Shown in pieces: positions 10,078 through 20,476 of a DNA stretch of 64,000 bases; position 1 is the stretch's first letter, and every line of letters starts with the position of its first letter. Below the pieces are notes generated by a model. That model was given only the letters and a program-made list of their open reading frames with translations. It had not been told where the DNA came from and did not search any database. This stretch comes from Gammaproteobacteria bacterium (GTDB taxonomy: Bacteria; Pseudomonadota; Gammaproteobacteria; GCA-001735895). The position numbers were made by a program, and so were the translations under genes. The stretch covers positions 39,075 to 103,074 of the forward strand of contig JBNKUM010000028.1 in assembly GCA_050298595.1 (NCBI GenBank). The letters are read 5' to 3'.

Positions 10078-11076
10078 TTACTTTTTTGTGGGTTTACCCG
10101 ACATGGAATTTAAAAACTGCTCAGCCTGTTCACGCCATTGATCCTGAAAAACCTTCCCTTTTGTCTGTAGTTCACCATCCAGATTCCTGAGCATTTCATC
10201 TGACATAGAAGCTAGTTGATTCAAATTGTTAACACCCTGCTGGTGCAGCTTTTCATTAAATTTCTGCCCGATACCATTAAGTACCGTGAAGTCATCTGCT
10301 GCCGCTTTCAATGCTTCCTGATCTGGCGTTTTTTCACTCAATTCCCTGATTTGTTTCTGTAATGATTCTAGCTGCATTTGCATAGCATGATAGGTTTTTT
10401 CAGTGACAAGTCCCAGGCTCTGTGCGAGGGTTTCACGGTACTGCTCTTTATCATCGGCCAGTTTGGCCTGTACCATTTCCAGTTTTTTCTGTAACTCCTG
10501 ATAAGCCTCGCTCGTTTTCGATTCTTCAAAAACAGATTGCGTAATCTCTGCCCACCACTGTGGCACATTGTTTAGATCCTGTTTATCCTTTTCGTTCACC
10601 TTTTTCTGCAATTTTTCCAGACTATCGATGGCTAACTGCGCCATTAAATGATTGATCTCCATCGATATCTGCTGGTAATCCTTGATTGAATTCATTAGGT
10701 CTTCTGCCTTACTACGCTCATCGTCACTGAACAGTCCCTGCATCATGCTGATAAAAGGCGATTGCAAACTGCTCATATCGGGAACATCTGGTATCTTGAA
10801 AGGATTCTGTAACTGTGATTTAAATTGATCATTCATCTGCTGGTAGAGCGTGTTCATCGAACTCATGTCTGCCAGTGGCCAGCTATTCATCGGGTTTTGC
10901 ATCTGAGCAAATGGATTGGCTGATGCATTACCCGGCATCCAGGCCTTAAACATCTGTTCCATCGGATTTGCAGGTGCCTGTGGTTGCATCATTTGCTGTA
11001 AATTCTTCATATACTGCTGTTGCAGATTGTACAACTGGGCCAGGTAATCCTGACCTTCATTCTTATTCTCTGGCAT
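10078..11076 (-). CDS. PhaE-like (class III PHA synthase partner) protein with C-terminal helix-hairpin-helix domain
   Basis: Q/M-rich helical protein with WW.E..Q..FE....SEAY and ..SLGL.T......M...L..L PhaE-like segments; C-terminal DDFTVLNGIGQKF...W.EQA HhH module; divergent from phaA as in the Chromatiaceae layout. Confidence 0.6.
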   Translation of the reverse strand: MPENKNEGQDYLAQLYNLQQQYMKNLQQMMQPQAPANPMEQMFKAWMPGNASANPFAQMQNPMNSWPLADMSSMNTLYQQMNDQFKSQLQNPFKIPDVPDMSSLQSPFISMMQGLFSDDERSKAEDLMNSIKDYQQISMEINHLMAQLAIDSLEKLQKKVNEKDKQDLNNVPQWWAEITQSVFEESKTSEAYQELQKKLEMVQAKLADDKEQYRETLAQSLGLVTEKTYHAMQMQLESLQKQIRELSEKTPDQEALKAAADDFTVLNGIGQKFNEKLHQQGVNNLNQLASMSDEMLRNLDGELQTKGKVFQDQWREQAEQFLNSMSGKPTKK

Positions 11077-11123
11077 TTTAACATCCCCCCTTTATATGAT
11101 TGATGAGACCCTATCACTCTAAA

Positions 11124-11138
11124 TGTTGCACCGCAACA
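11124..11138. promoter_or_regulatory. Putative PhaR operator in the phaE-like/phaA divergent region
   Basis: Palindrome tgttgc-acc-gcaaca containing TGC-N3-GCA. Confidence 0.65.
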
Positions 11139-11273
11139 ATTATTCATGCTTAAATATATCGGATAATTTCAATACAAATTATGTAGCAGGACCTGTGAAC
11201 ACTAAATATATAAACATTGTATTTAGGGGCAGTGAATCATCCTGATAAATTAATAACAAGAGGTTTTATAACT

Positions 11274-12461
11274 ATGTCTGAATCTATTGTCATCACTCAT
11301 GCCACAAGAACCGCCATTGGCGCCTTTGGGGGGGCTTTGGCCAGTGTTTCTGCTGTTCAACTCGGCGCAACGGTCGTTAAATCATTGCTCGAGCAATCTG
11401 GAGTTTCAGCGGATCAGGTTGATGAAGTCATTTTAGGCCAGGTTCTGACAGCAGGTGCGGGGCAAAATCCCGCGCGTCAAACCGCTTTAGCTGCCGGGCT
11501 ACCCGATACTTCCTCAGCCATGACCATCAACAAGGTATGTGGCAGTGGTTTGAAAGCCGTTCATCTGGCTTTTCAATCCATAAGCTGTGGCGATGCCGAT
11601 ATCGTCATTGCAGGTGGCCAGGAAAATATGAGCATGTCCGCGCATGTGCTGCCCAAATCACGCAATGGCAAGATGATAGGTAACTGGGAGCTGGAAGACA
11701 GTATGATCGTTGATGGCCTTTGGTGTGCAATGAATGATATTCACATGGGCATTACCGCTGAAAATATTGCAGAACAATTCTCTCTGACCCGTGACGATCA
11801 GGATGCTTTTGCTGCTGCTTCACAACAAAAGACTGAAGCTGCTCAGAGTGCAGGTAATTTTGATCATGAAATCACACCTGTTTCTATCCCGCAACGCAAG
11901 GGCGATCCGATCATCTTCAGTAAAGACGAATTTCCACGTGCCGGTACAACCGCTGAAAAGCTCGGTGGCTTACGCCCTGCGTTCAAGAAAGACGGTACCG
12001 TTACTGCGGGTAATGCGTCGGGTATTAACGATGGCGCGGCGGCGGTTATGGTGATGAAAGAATCCAGGGCTAAAGAGCTTGGCCTGAAACCAATTGCACG
12101 TATAGTTGCTTTCTCCAGCGCTGGCGTTGATCCAAAGATTATGGGTACTGGACCGATTCCTTCTACCCAGAAATGCCTCGAAAAAGCAGGCTGGGATATT
12201 TCTGATCTTGATCTGATCGAAGCTAACGAAGCTTTTGCTGCGCAGGCGCTTTCGGTTAATAAGAGCCTGGGCTGGGACACCGATAAGGTTAATGTCAGTG
12301 GTGGTGCTATTTCAATAGGCCATCCTATTGGTGCTTCCGGTGCTCGTATTCTGGTAACCCTGTTACACGGTATGCAACGTAAATCAGCTCGAAAAGGGCT
12401 TGCTACTCTGTGTATCGGTGGTGGTCAGGGTGTTGCAATGGCCGTAGAATTGATAGATTAA
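11274..12461 (+). CDS. phaA: Acetyl-CoA acetyltransferase (beta-ketothiolase)
   Basis: NKVCGSG, NEAFA, GHPIGASG, LCIGGGQG; ATG at 11274 follows a gagg RBS. Confidence 0.95.
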   Translation: MSESIVITHATRTAIGAFGGALASVSAVQLGATVVKSLLEQSGVSADQVDEVILGQVLTAGAGQNPARQTALAAGLPDTSSAMTINKVCGSGLKAVHLAFQSISCGDADIVIAGGQENMSMSAHVLPKSRNGKMIGNWELEDSMIVDGLWCAMNDIHMGITAENIAEQFSLTRDDQDAFAAASQQKTEAAQSAGNFDHEITPVSIPQRKGDPIIFSKDEFPRAGTTAEKLGGLRPAFKKDGTVTAGNASGINDGAAAVMVMKESRAKELGLKPIARIVAFSSAGVDPKIMGTGPIPSTQKCLEKAGWDISDLDLIEANEAFAAQALSVNKSLGWDTDKVNVSGGAISIGHPIGASGARILVTLLHGMQRKSARKGLATLCIGGGQGVAMAVELID

Positions 12462-12479
12462 TCATCTCTAATTAGTGAT

Positions 12480-12508
12480 GCCGCGCATCTTGAGCTAAGA
12501 TGCGCGGC
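12480..12508 (+). terminator. Hairpin between phaA and phaR
   Basis: gccgcgcatctt-gagct-aagatgcgcggc 12-bp stem; weak U-tail; overlaps TGC-N3-GCA at 12479-12487. Confidence 0.55.
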
Positions 12509-12530
12509 CTGTAAACCGAGGAAACAACAC

Positions 12531-13004
12531 GTGTCAGAATCCTGTGATAATGAACGTCTCATAAAGAAATACCCGAACCGTCGCTTATACGATACTCAGG
12601 ATAGTCGTTATATCACCCTTGACGACACCAAACAGATGGTTATAAACAACATACCGTTTAAGGTTGTAGACCAGAAAACCGGCGAAGATCTAACCCGTAG
12701 CATTCTGTTACAGATCATCCTGGAACAGGAAAATAATAACGAACCGCTATTCAATAGCAATATTCTGTCCGAATTTATCCGCAACAATAGTCAGACAAAT
12801 CGAGATTATTTCTCCAGCTTTTTACAGGCCAGTATGCAGTTATTCTCTGAGCAACAGGGTACTCTGGTGAACCAGATGGATAAGGTTTTCAAGAATTCTC
12901 CGATGGATTTCTGGATGCAAATGACCAGTCAAAACCTTGAGAAGCTAACAGAATTACAGAGCAAATTTTTTAAAAAAGGATCTTCTGAAGAATCAAAAAA
13001 ATAA
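12531..13004 (+). CDS. phaR: PHA synthesis repressor PhaR
   Basis: IKKYPNRRLYDT..SRYITL, TGEDLTRSILLQIILEQE. Confidence 0.95.
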   Translation: MSESCDNERLIKKYPNRRLYDTQDSRYITLDDTKQMVINNIPFKVVDQKTGEDLTRSILLQIILEQENNNEPLFNSNILSEFIRNNSQTNRDYFSSFLQASMQLFSEQQGTLVNQMDKVFKNSPMDFWMQMTSQNLEKLTELQSKFFKKGSSEESKK

Positions 13005-13095
13005 ATATCGCTTCTCTTCTATAATATAAGTATTTGAATTTATTACATATAATATAAATATACTTTTATATTAAAAAATAAATCTCATTCCACTC

Positions 13096-13153
13096 TTGAC
13101 AATTTTCCGATCAGACATACTATTTGTGCAGCGCAGCATTGTGCAGTGCACAA
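13096..13153 (+). promoter_or_regulatory. Sigma70 promoter of the phasin gene with tandem PhaR boxes
   Basis: TTGACA (13096-13101), 16 nt, TACTAT (13118-13123), followed by TGCAGCGCA (13127-13135) and TGCAGTGCA (13142-13150). Confidence 0.75.
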
Positions 13154-13200
13154 ATGACGGAATTTGAATTTACTTCTTAACTTAAGCTCGGAGAAATGCC

Positions 13201-13599
13201 ATGACTAACCCTACAGTTGAATTATTTTACGAATACAACACGAAAGCGATGGAAGCCATGCGTGCTTTCGGTGATCTAAACGTTGCAACTGCTCAGTCTT
13301 TCATCAACAAGCAGGTTGAACTAACCAATGCAATCGTTGAAGCAACTCTGGCTACTAGCAAAGAAATTGTTTCTGCTAAAACTCCTGTTGATGCAATGCA
13401 GGCTTCTAGCGCTCTGATGCAGACTGTATCTTACAGTGTGACTGGTTTTGTTAAAGAGTCAGCTGCTGACGCAGTTAAAACTCGCGACGAACTGAAAGTA
13501 GCTATCGATGACGCAGTCAAACTGAACAGTGTATATGCAACAAAAGCTTTCGATACCAGCGTAGAGGTTGTTAAGAAAACTGCTAAAAAAGCTGCTTAA
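13201..13599 (+). CDS. phaP: Phasin (PHA granule protein)
   Basis: Ala-rich amphipathic 132 aa protein between phaR and phaB, preceded by PhaR boxes; C-terminal KKTAKKAA. Confidence 0.8.
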   Translation: MTNPTVELFYEYNTKAMEAMRAFGDLNVATAQSFINKQVELTNAIVEATLATSKEIVSAKTPVDAMQASSALMQTVSYSVTGFVKESAADAVKTRDELKVAIDDAVKLNSVYATKAFDTSVEVVKKTAKKAA

Positions 13600-13772
13600 T
13601 CAGGCACTGATTTAACCTGCTGACGGCACCGAGTAATTAATGCTGTGCCGTCAGTTTCAACATGACTTTGTGCCCATGTTGAAAACACAAGATTTTTACT
13701 GCGCTGAAATTTAAATTATCAAAATTCAACGCAACTCTGAAGCAGATAAGATTAAGGTTTAATGAGGTTTAT

Positions 13773-14519
13773 ATGTCAAAGAAAGTTGCATTAGTCACTG
13801 GCGGTACCGGCGGAATCGGAACAGCAATCTGTGAAGCCCTTGCATCAAGCGGTCACAGCGTTGTTGCTAACTATTTCCCTGCTGATAAAGAAGCAGCCGA
13901 AAGCTGGTTAGACGATATGCAAAGCAGAAATGCCGATGTACATATTGCTCCTGCCGATGTGACCAGTTATGAAGAATGCGGCGAAATGGTTCAGTTTATT
14001 GAATCCAGTGTTGGACCTATCGATGTACTGGTGAACTGTGCCGGCATCACTCGCGACAAAACCTTAAAGCGTATGACTCCTGATCAGTGGACAGCGGTTA
14101 TCAACACCAACCTGAACAGTGCATTCAACGTAACCCAGCATGTAGTCAGTGGTATGACCGAGCGTGGTTTTGGTCGCATCATTAATATTTCATCGGTGAA
14201 TGGCCAGAAAGGTCAATTTGGTCAGGCTAACTACTCAGCTGCGAAAGCTGGCTTACATGGTTTCACCATGTCAGTAGCCCAGGAAACTGCATCTAAAGGC
14301 GTTACTGTAAATACCGTATCACCTGGATACATCGAAACAGCTATGACCAGCGCCATGCCTGAAGAAGTGCTTAAAGCCATCGTCAGTGCCGTTCCTGCGG
14401 GACGCATGGGCAAGCCTGAAGAAATCGCTAATACTGTTGCCTGGTTGGCCGATGCGCAAAATGCCTACACTACCGGCGCCAATATTCCTGTTAATGGCGG
14501 CATGTTTATGTCTGCCTGA
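13773..14519 (+). CDS. phaB: Acetoacetyl-CoA reductase
   Basis: VTGGTGGIG, NCAGITRD, SSVNGQKGQFGQANYSAAK, NTVSPGYI. Confidence 0.95.
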   Translation: MSKKVALVTGGTGGIGTAICEALASSGHSVVANYFPADKEAAESWLDDMQSRNADVHIAPADVTSYEECGEMVQFIESSVGPIDVLVNCAGITRDKTLKRMTPDQWTAVINTNLNSAFNVTQHVVSGMTERGFGRIINISSVNGQKGQFGQANYSAAKAGLHGFTMSVAQETASKGVTVNTVSPGYIETAMTSAMPEEVLKAIVSAVPAGRMGKPEEIANTVAWLADAQNAYTTGANIPVNGGMFMSA

Positions 14520-14556
14520 CAAAGAATCTCGACATTTGACCTCCTCAATGTCCGTT

Positions 14557-14583
14557 GCGCCTCAATATCTGAGGCGCCTTTTT
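14557..14583 (+). terminator. Intrinsic terminator after phaB
   Basis: gcgcctca-atatc-tgaggcgc followed by cttttt. Confidence 0.75.
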
Positions 14584-14760
14584 ACACCAGATGACCTCGC
14601 AATATGACGAGGTCATCGAAAAATCTAAGGTTTGCACAGGTACGAAAACAAAATATTGTGACATTTAATACTAAGTATTCGATCACAAGCTGATATGCTA
14701 TAAATCAGCGTCAAAATAATAATAATAAAATTAAATTATCACTCATGAGAGGTTTTAAAG

Positions 14761-15705
14761 ATGAGCATTTCTCCCCCTTGTTATAAACAGAATCGTCTGA
14801 AGCAGCTGCGCGCCTTCTGTAAAGCCGTCGAAACCAAGAGCATCTCAAAAGCAGGTGAAGAGTTATTCCTCTCACAGCCGACTGTATCGCTACAGATACG
14901 TGCACTGGAGCGAGAGCTATGTGTTCAGGTATTCGAACGTCGTGGCCCCGTTATTAATCTGACTCCCGATGGTCAAATACTCTACGAACTCTCCAAGCCG
15001 TTAATCAGTGGTATCGATAATCTTTCGCAAAATTTTAATAGCTTAGCCGGACGTATGGAATCGGGTGAGCTGCACATTACTGCAGGGCAGACCGCCTGTA
15101 TGTACCTGCTACCCAAATACATCAGCAAATTCAGGGAAGAATACCCCAGTATTCACGTCAAATTATCCAACAATACCGGCAAGGAAGGTCGCGCTCTACT
15201 TAAGTCCGATAATGTTGATTTTGCAGTGGGCACCATGGCTGATAATAGTGACGATATGGTTTTTGAACCATTACATGAATTTGAGCCCGTTTTGATCATG
15301 CCGGTAGATCACCCTCTGGCGAGGAGTAAGGACATTACGCTACAGGATATCTCTCCTTACGGGCTGATTCTGCCTCCGCGCGAATTATCCACCTGGCGCA
15401 AGGTGGACAAAATATTTAACGAAAATAATGTCCCTTACAAGGTGTCGATGGAAGTCGGTGGCTGGGAAGTGATAAAAACCTACGTAGAAGAAGGCATGGG
15501 GGTTTCGATCGTTAGCTGTCTTTCATTAACCGGCAAGGAAAACCTGAAAGCAATATCTCTCGCTAAATACTTCCCCAAGCAAGTGTATGGTGCAGTTATC
15601 CGTAAAGGAAAATTCCTCACCCCGCAGGCACGTGGATTTCTGGAAATACTATCTTCCGATCTATTTGACGAATCTTGCGATAAGAAGATCGTTAACGCAA
15701 AGTAA
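14761..15705 (+). CDS. LysR-family transcriptional regulator
   Basis: LKQLRAF...SISKAGEELFLSQPTVSLQIRALERELC..FER HTH plus substrate-binding domain. Confidence 0.92.
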   Translation: MSISPPCYKQNRLKQLRAFCKAVETKSISKAGEELFLSQPTVSLQIRALERELCVQVFERRGPVINLTPDGQILYELSKPLISGIDNLSQNFNSLAGRMESGELHITAGQTACMYLLPKYISKFREEYPSIHVKLSNNTGKEGRALLKSDNVDFAVGTMADNSDDMVFEPLHEFEPVLIMPVDHPLARSKDITLQDISPYGLILPPRELSTWRKVDKIFNENNVPYKVSMEVGGWEVIKTYVEEGMGVSIVSCLSLTGKENLKAISLAKYFPKQVYGAVIRKGKFLTPQARGFLEILSSDLFDESCDKKIVNAK

Positions 15706-15902
15706 GACGTTAACCCCTGAAGAACTCAATAGACTGCATTGATGCAGATGAGTTATTCATTAAACTGGGTAGTTTGGTAATTCCGATCTGCCCAGATTGC
15801 CAGAATTGTGTTTAATCCGGCATTTCGCTATATTGCATCGCCATTTAAATTAACTATATGCGCTAATAATAGCGCTAGATAACATATAACAAGAGGTTCT
15901 CC

Positions 15903-18506
15903 ATGCTCGAAGCCTATCGTCAACACGTCGAAGAACGCGCCCAACAAGGTATTCCCCCGTTACCATTGAATGCCGAACAGGTCGCTGACCTGGTTGAGTT
16001 ATTAAAAAATCCTCCGGCGGGTGAAGAAGAAACACTGGTCGACTTACTCACCAATCGCATTCCACCCGGCGTAGACGAAGCGGCTTATGTAAAAGCAGGT
16101 TTCCTGTCAGCTGTGGCCAAGGGTGAAGCTAAATCACCACTGATCAGCTCATCACGGGCTGTTGAATTACTCGGCACCATGATGGGTGGTTACAATATCG
16201 TTTCCATGATCGAATTACTCGACGATGCTGAGCTGGGTGAACTGGCGGCTGAACAACTCAAGTACACCTTATTAATGTTCGATGCATTCCACGATGTCGC
16301 TGATAAAGCAAAAGCGGGTAATGCCAATGCGCAGGCAGTTTTACAATCCTGGGCCGATGCCGAATGGTTTACACGCAAGGATAAGGTTGCCGAAGAAATC
16401 AAACTTCGTGTATTCAAGGTAACCGGTGAAACTAATACTGATGACCTGTCTCCAGCGCAGGATGCCTGGTCTCGTCCCGACATTCCATTACATGCACTGG
16501 CCATGTTAAAGAATGCGCGCGATGGCATTGAACCCGATGATGCTGGCAAACTCGGACCTGTCAAATTGATTCAGTCTATGGAGCAACAGGGTATCCCGCT
16601 GGCTTACGTCGGTGACGTAGTCGGTACCGGCTCTTCACGTAAATCAGCCACCAACTCGGTGCTCTGGTTCATGGGTCATGATATCCCTTATGTCCCCAAC
16701 AAACGTCAGGGTGGCGTGGTATTGGGCAGCAAGATCGCACCTATCTTTTTTAACACGGTTGAAGACTCCGGTGCCCTACCTATCGAATGTCCTGTAGATA
16801 ATATGAATATGGGTGATGTGATTACTCTAAAGCCTTATGAAGGCAAGGTGTATAACGAAGCAGGAGAAGTGATCTCGGAATTTGAACTGAAAACCGATGT
16901 TATTCTGGATGAGGTTCAGGCGGGTGGTCGTATCCCACTGATCATTGGACGATCATTAACCGAAAAAGCGCGTGAAGCACTGGGCCTGGGTGCCAGCGAC
17001 ATTTTCCGCCGCCCGGTAGATCCAGCCGATAGCGGCAAGGGTTACACGCTGGCGCAGAAAATGGTGGGTAAAGCCTGTGGTGTGGAAGGCGTGCGTGCTG
17101 GTACCTACTGCGAACCTCGTATGAGCACGGTCGGTTCTCAGGATACCACTGGCCCAATGACCCGTGATGAGCTGAAAGAACTGGCCTGTCTGGGATTTTC
17201 TGCGGACCTGGTAATGCAGTCTTTCTGTCATACAGCCGCTTACCCCAAGCCAGTTGATATCAATACCCAGCACTCATTACCTGATTTTATCAAGACCCGT
17301 GGCGGTGTTTCATTACGTCCTGGTGATGGTGTTATCCACTCCTGGCTTAACCGCATGCTGCTACCTGACCAGGTTGGTACCGGCGGCGATTCGCACACCC
17401 GTTTCCCATTAGGAATTTCTTTCCCGGCCGGTTCTGGTCTGGTTGCATTTGGTGCCGCACTAGGCGTTATTCCGCTGGATATGCCGGAATCGGTACATGT
17501 TAAATTCACTGGTGAAATGCAACCCGGTATCACCCTGCGTGACCTGGTCAATGCAATTCCTTATGAAGCGCTCAAGCGTGGATTACTAACCGTAGAAAAG
17601 AAAGGCAAGAAAAACGTCTATAACGGTCGTATCCTGGAGATATCCGGTCTGCCTGATTTGACTGTTGAGCAGGCTTTTGAATTATCTGATGCATCAGCAG
17701 AACGTAGTGCCGGTGGTTGTACTATTGAGCTCTCTGAAGAGTCTGTAGCTGAATACCTGCGCTCTAATATCGTAATGCTACGCTGGATGATCGACAATGG
17801 ATATGACGATGCCCGTACACTGGAACGTCGTGCCCGTGCGATGGAAGCCTGGCTGGAAAACCCCAGCCTGATGCGTGCAGATGAAAATGCCGAGTACGCC
17901 GAAGTGATTGAAATTAATATGAGCGAAATCACCGAGCCTCTACTGGCCTGCCCGAATGATCCAGATGATGTTAAGCCATTATCAGAGATTGCTGGAGCCA
18001 AAATCGATGAAGTCTTTATCGGTTCCTGTATGACCAATATCGGCCATTTCCGCGCGGCAGCTAAACTGCTGGAAGCTTCAGGTGGCGTTATCCCAACACG
18101 TCTGTGGATTGCACCTCCCACCAAGATGGATGAACAGCAATTGATGGACGAAGGTATATACAATATCTTCGCCACATCCGGTGCACGTACTGAAATGCCC
18201 GGCTGTTCATTATGCATGGGCAATCAGGCTCGAATTGCAGCAAATTCAACTGCGGTTTCCACCTCAACACGTAATTTCCCGAATCGACTGGGACAGGGCG
18301 CAGACGTCTACCTGGCCTCTGCTGAACTGGCCGCGATTGCTGCCATACTCGGAAAATTACCCACAGTTGAAGAGTACATGCAATATGCTGGCAAGTTAGA
18401 CAGTATGTCTGCCGAGATCTACAGGTATCTAAACTTCGATAAGATGCCTAATTTTATTGAATCAGCAGCTCGTGGTAAAAGTGTTGGTGTAGAGATGAAT
18501 TTCTAA
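15903..18506 (+). CDS. acnB: Aconitate hydratase B
   Basis: [67 protein letters not shown]. Confidence 0.98.
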   Translation: MLEAYRQHVEERAQQGIPPLPLNAEQVADLVELLKNPPAGEEETLVDLLTNRIPPGVDEAAYVKAGFLSAVAKGEAKSPLISSSRAVELLGTMMGGYNIVSMIELLDDAELGELAAEQLKYTLLMFDAFHDVADKAKAGNANAQAVLQSWADAEWFTRKDKVAEEIKLRVFKVTGETNTDDLSPAQDAWSRPDIPLHALAMLKNARDGIEPDDAGKLGPVKLIQSMEQQGIPLAYVGDVVGTGSSRKSATNSVLWFMGHDIPYVPNKRQGGVVLGSKIAPIFFNTVEDSGALPIECPVDNMNMGDVITLKPYEGKVYNEAGEVISEFELKTDVILDEVQAGGRIPLIIGRSLTEKAREALGLGASDIFRRPVDPADSGKGYTLAQKMVGKACGVEGVRAGTYCEPRMSTVGSQDTTGPMTRDELKELACLGFSADLVMQSFCHTAAYPKPVDINTQHSLPDFIKTRGGVSLRPGDGVIHSWLNRMLLPDQVGTGGDSHTRFPLGISFPAGSGLVAFGAALGVIPLDMPESVHVKFTGEMQPGITLRDLVNAIPYEALKRGLLTVEKKGKKNVYNGRILEISGLPDLTVEQAFELSDASAERSAGGCTIELSEESVAEYLRSNIVMLRWMIDNGYDDARTLERRARAMEAWLENPSLMRADENAEYAEVIEINMSEITEPLLACPNDPDDVKPLSEIAGAKIDEVFIGSCMTNIGHFRAAAKLLEASGGVIPTRLWIAPPTKMDEQQLMDEGIYNIFATSGARTEMPGCSLCMGNQARIAANSTAVSTSTRNFPNRLGQGADVYLASAELAAIAAILGKLPTVEEYMQYAGKLDSMSAEIYRYLNFDKMPNFIESAARGKSVGVEMNF

Positions 18507-18521
18507 ATCAAGCCAGCCTGT

Positions 18522-18553
18522 AAAAAAAGCCGGAATCTTTCCGGCTTTTTTTT
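18522..18553 (+). terminator. Intrinsic terminator after acnB
   Basis: aaaaaaagccgga-atctt-tccggctttttttt. Confidence 0.88.
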
Positions 18554-18592
18554 GTCTTGTAAAGAAGCTTTAGTTTATTAATAGGGATCAGG

Positions 18593-19246
18593 ATGCAACA
18601 ATCTCTCAAAAAAATCATACGAGAAAATCGTTCTTTTATCGTATTCATGCTGCTGATGTTTGTATTTCGCAGTGTAGTCGCAGACTGGAATAATGTACCC
18701 ACCGGTTCCATGAAACCGACCATCATTGAGGGTGACCGCATTCTGGTGAACAAGATGGCCTATGATTTACGTATTCCTTTCACCCATATCTCTCTTCTTC
18801 AGCTTGCTGTTCCTGAACGTGGCGATATCATCGTGTTCGATTCAAAGGCCTCCGATAAGCGACTGGTAAAACGCGTGATCGGTGTACCTGGTGATACCAT
18901 CAGTATGCTAAATAACCGCCTGACTATTAATGGTAAACCACTGCCTTACCATATCAAGCAAAGCAACCTTGCAATAATCGATGTAGTTGAAAATCTAAAT
19001 GGTCTAAATCATGACATTCGAGTCCATTTAAATGCCAATCCAGAATACAGCAGCTTCAGTCCTATTAGCGTACCCGAAGAGTATTATCTGGTATTGGGTG
19101 ATAACCGGGACAACAGTGCCGATTCCCGCGTCATCGGACTGGTGCCCAGGGCAGAAATAGTCGGTCGTTCACGCGAAGTCATCATGTCATTAAACTACGA
19201 TAATTATTATCTCCCTCGAGCAGAAAGGTTCTTTAAAAGCCTTTGA
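18593..19246 (+). CDS. lepB: Signal peptidase I (stand-alone paralog)
   Basis: PTGSMKPT (Ser), LVKRVIG (Lys), LGDNRDNSADSR. Confidence 0.92.
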   Translation: MQQSLKKIIRENRSFIVFMLLMFVFRSVVADWNNVPTGSMKPTIIEGDRILVNKMAYDLRIPFTHISLLQLAVPERGDIIVFDSKASDKRLVKRVIGVPGDTISMLNNRLTINGKPLPYHIKQSNLAIIDVVENLNGLNHDIRVHLNANPEYSSFSPISVPEEYYLVLGDNRDNSADSRVIGLVPRAEIVGRSREVIMSLNYDNYYLPRAERFFKSL

Positions 19247-19292
19247 TCAATTACTATCCAGCGACTTACTTAATTAACGCCGCTCATCAAAT

Positions 19293-20303
19293 ATGATATC
19301 CCGGGAAAAGCTACAACAGGCTGTTGAACACAATCTAATACAGGCACAACAGCTTGAACCACTGTATGAATTTTTAACGCAGGATAAGCAGGAAATTTCT
19401 GCTGCAGTTGAAACCAGAGAGGAACCGTTAAAATTTATTCGTAGTTTCGGCGATATCTTTATTACGCTAGGAATTGTTCTACTGGTTCTCGCCAGCCATC
19501 AAATCAATATCAGCGGTTATTATTATCTGATACCCGCTGCTGGGTTTATTGTTCTGGCTGAGTGGCTGGTACGAGTAAGAAAGTTAGCGCTACCGGGCAT
19601 TGCGGTTCTTATAGCCATCCTTTATTTCGTCAATAAAGCCATAGCATTTAATCACAGCGAGGCAACCACCTTTGGCCTTACCGTATTAAGTGCAACAAGC
19701 CTTTTATTCTATCTTCGCTACCGCATGCCTTTTAGTCTATTACCGCTGGTGGCCGGATTACTGGCGATCATTATGCTACAACTTGGCATGGATCTTCTTG
19801 AAAAACCCTGGGTATTTATCCTGCTCGGCCTGATGGTATTTACTATCGCCATGGGTTTTGATATTCAGGATACTGCCAGAAAGTCACACTTAAGTGACAG
19901 TGCTTTCTGGCTGCATTTATTAGCAGCACCTCTAATCGTTCATGGCTCTATGGTGACACTTTTAATCAATGATCCGGCCTGGTTACAGTCGATTAATAAA
20001 GAAATCATCATGATCCTGTTCTTTGTCGTTTTCTTTCTCATCGCATTAATACTGGACCGAAGAGCAATACTAATCTCAACCCAGATTTATGCCATCTATG
20101 CGTTGACCCAATTACTAAAAAACCATATCAGTGGCAGTCAAAATATTTTGATGTACATCTTGATGGGACTGGGACTGTTCGTGATCTTTTTTGGCACCTA
20201 CTGGTATAAAACTCGGAGTTTGATTTTTGGCTTCCTACGGCATTACTCATTCAGCCGTTATATACCAGATTTAAATGTAGAAAATTCTTTTAAGAAAGGT
20301 TAG
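19293..20303 (+). CDS. Hypothetical multi-pass membrane protein
   Basis: About 10 hydrophobic segments; EE..KFIRSFGDIF and SDSAFWLHLLAAP look like conserved motifs. Confidence 0.75.
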   Translation: MISREKLQQAVEHNLIQAQQLEPLYEFLTQDKQEISAAVETREEPLKFIRSFGDIFITLGIVLLVLASHQINISGYYYLIPAAGFIVLAEWLVRVRKLALPGIAVLIAILYFVNKAIAFNHSEATTFGLTVLSATSLLFYLRYRMPFSLLPLVAGLLAIIMLQLGMDLLEKPWVFILLGLMVFTIAMGFDIQDTARKSHLSDSAFWLHLLAAPLIVHGSMVTLLINDPAWLQSINKEIIMILFFVVFFLIALILDRRAILISTQIYAIYALTQLLKNHISGSQNILMYILMGLGLFVIFFGTYWYKTRSLIFGFLRHYSFSRYIPDLNVENSFKKG

Positions 20304-20443
20304 ATATTTTGGCTTTGAATAATTTTCTCGTACAATCGATTAGAATCGTAATGTGTAAATAAATCTTACTACGTTTGTTAATGAGTTGACTCGCATCACG
20401 TTATTTATGTAATCACCCCATATTGGGGTTTGAGTTCCATTTT

Positions 20444-20476
20444 AAAAAGCCACCCATTATGCGGTGGCTTTTTTTT
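20444..20476. terminator. Bidirectional intrinsic terminator
   Basis: aaaaagccacc-cattatgc-ggtggctttttttt. Confidence 0.82.
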
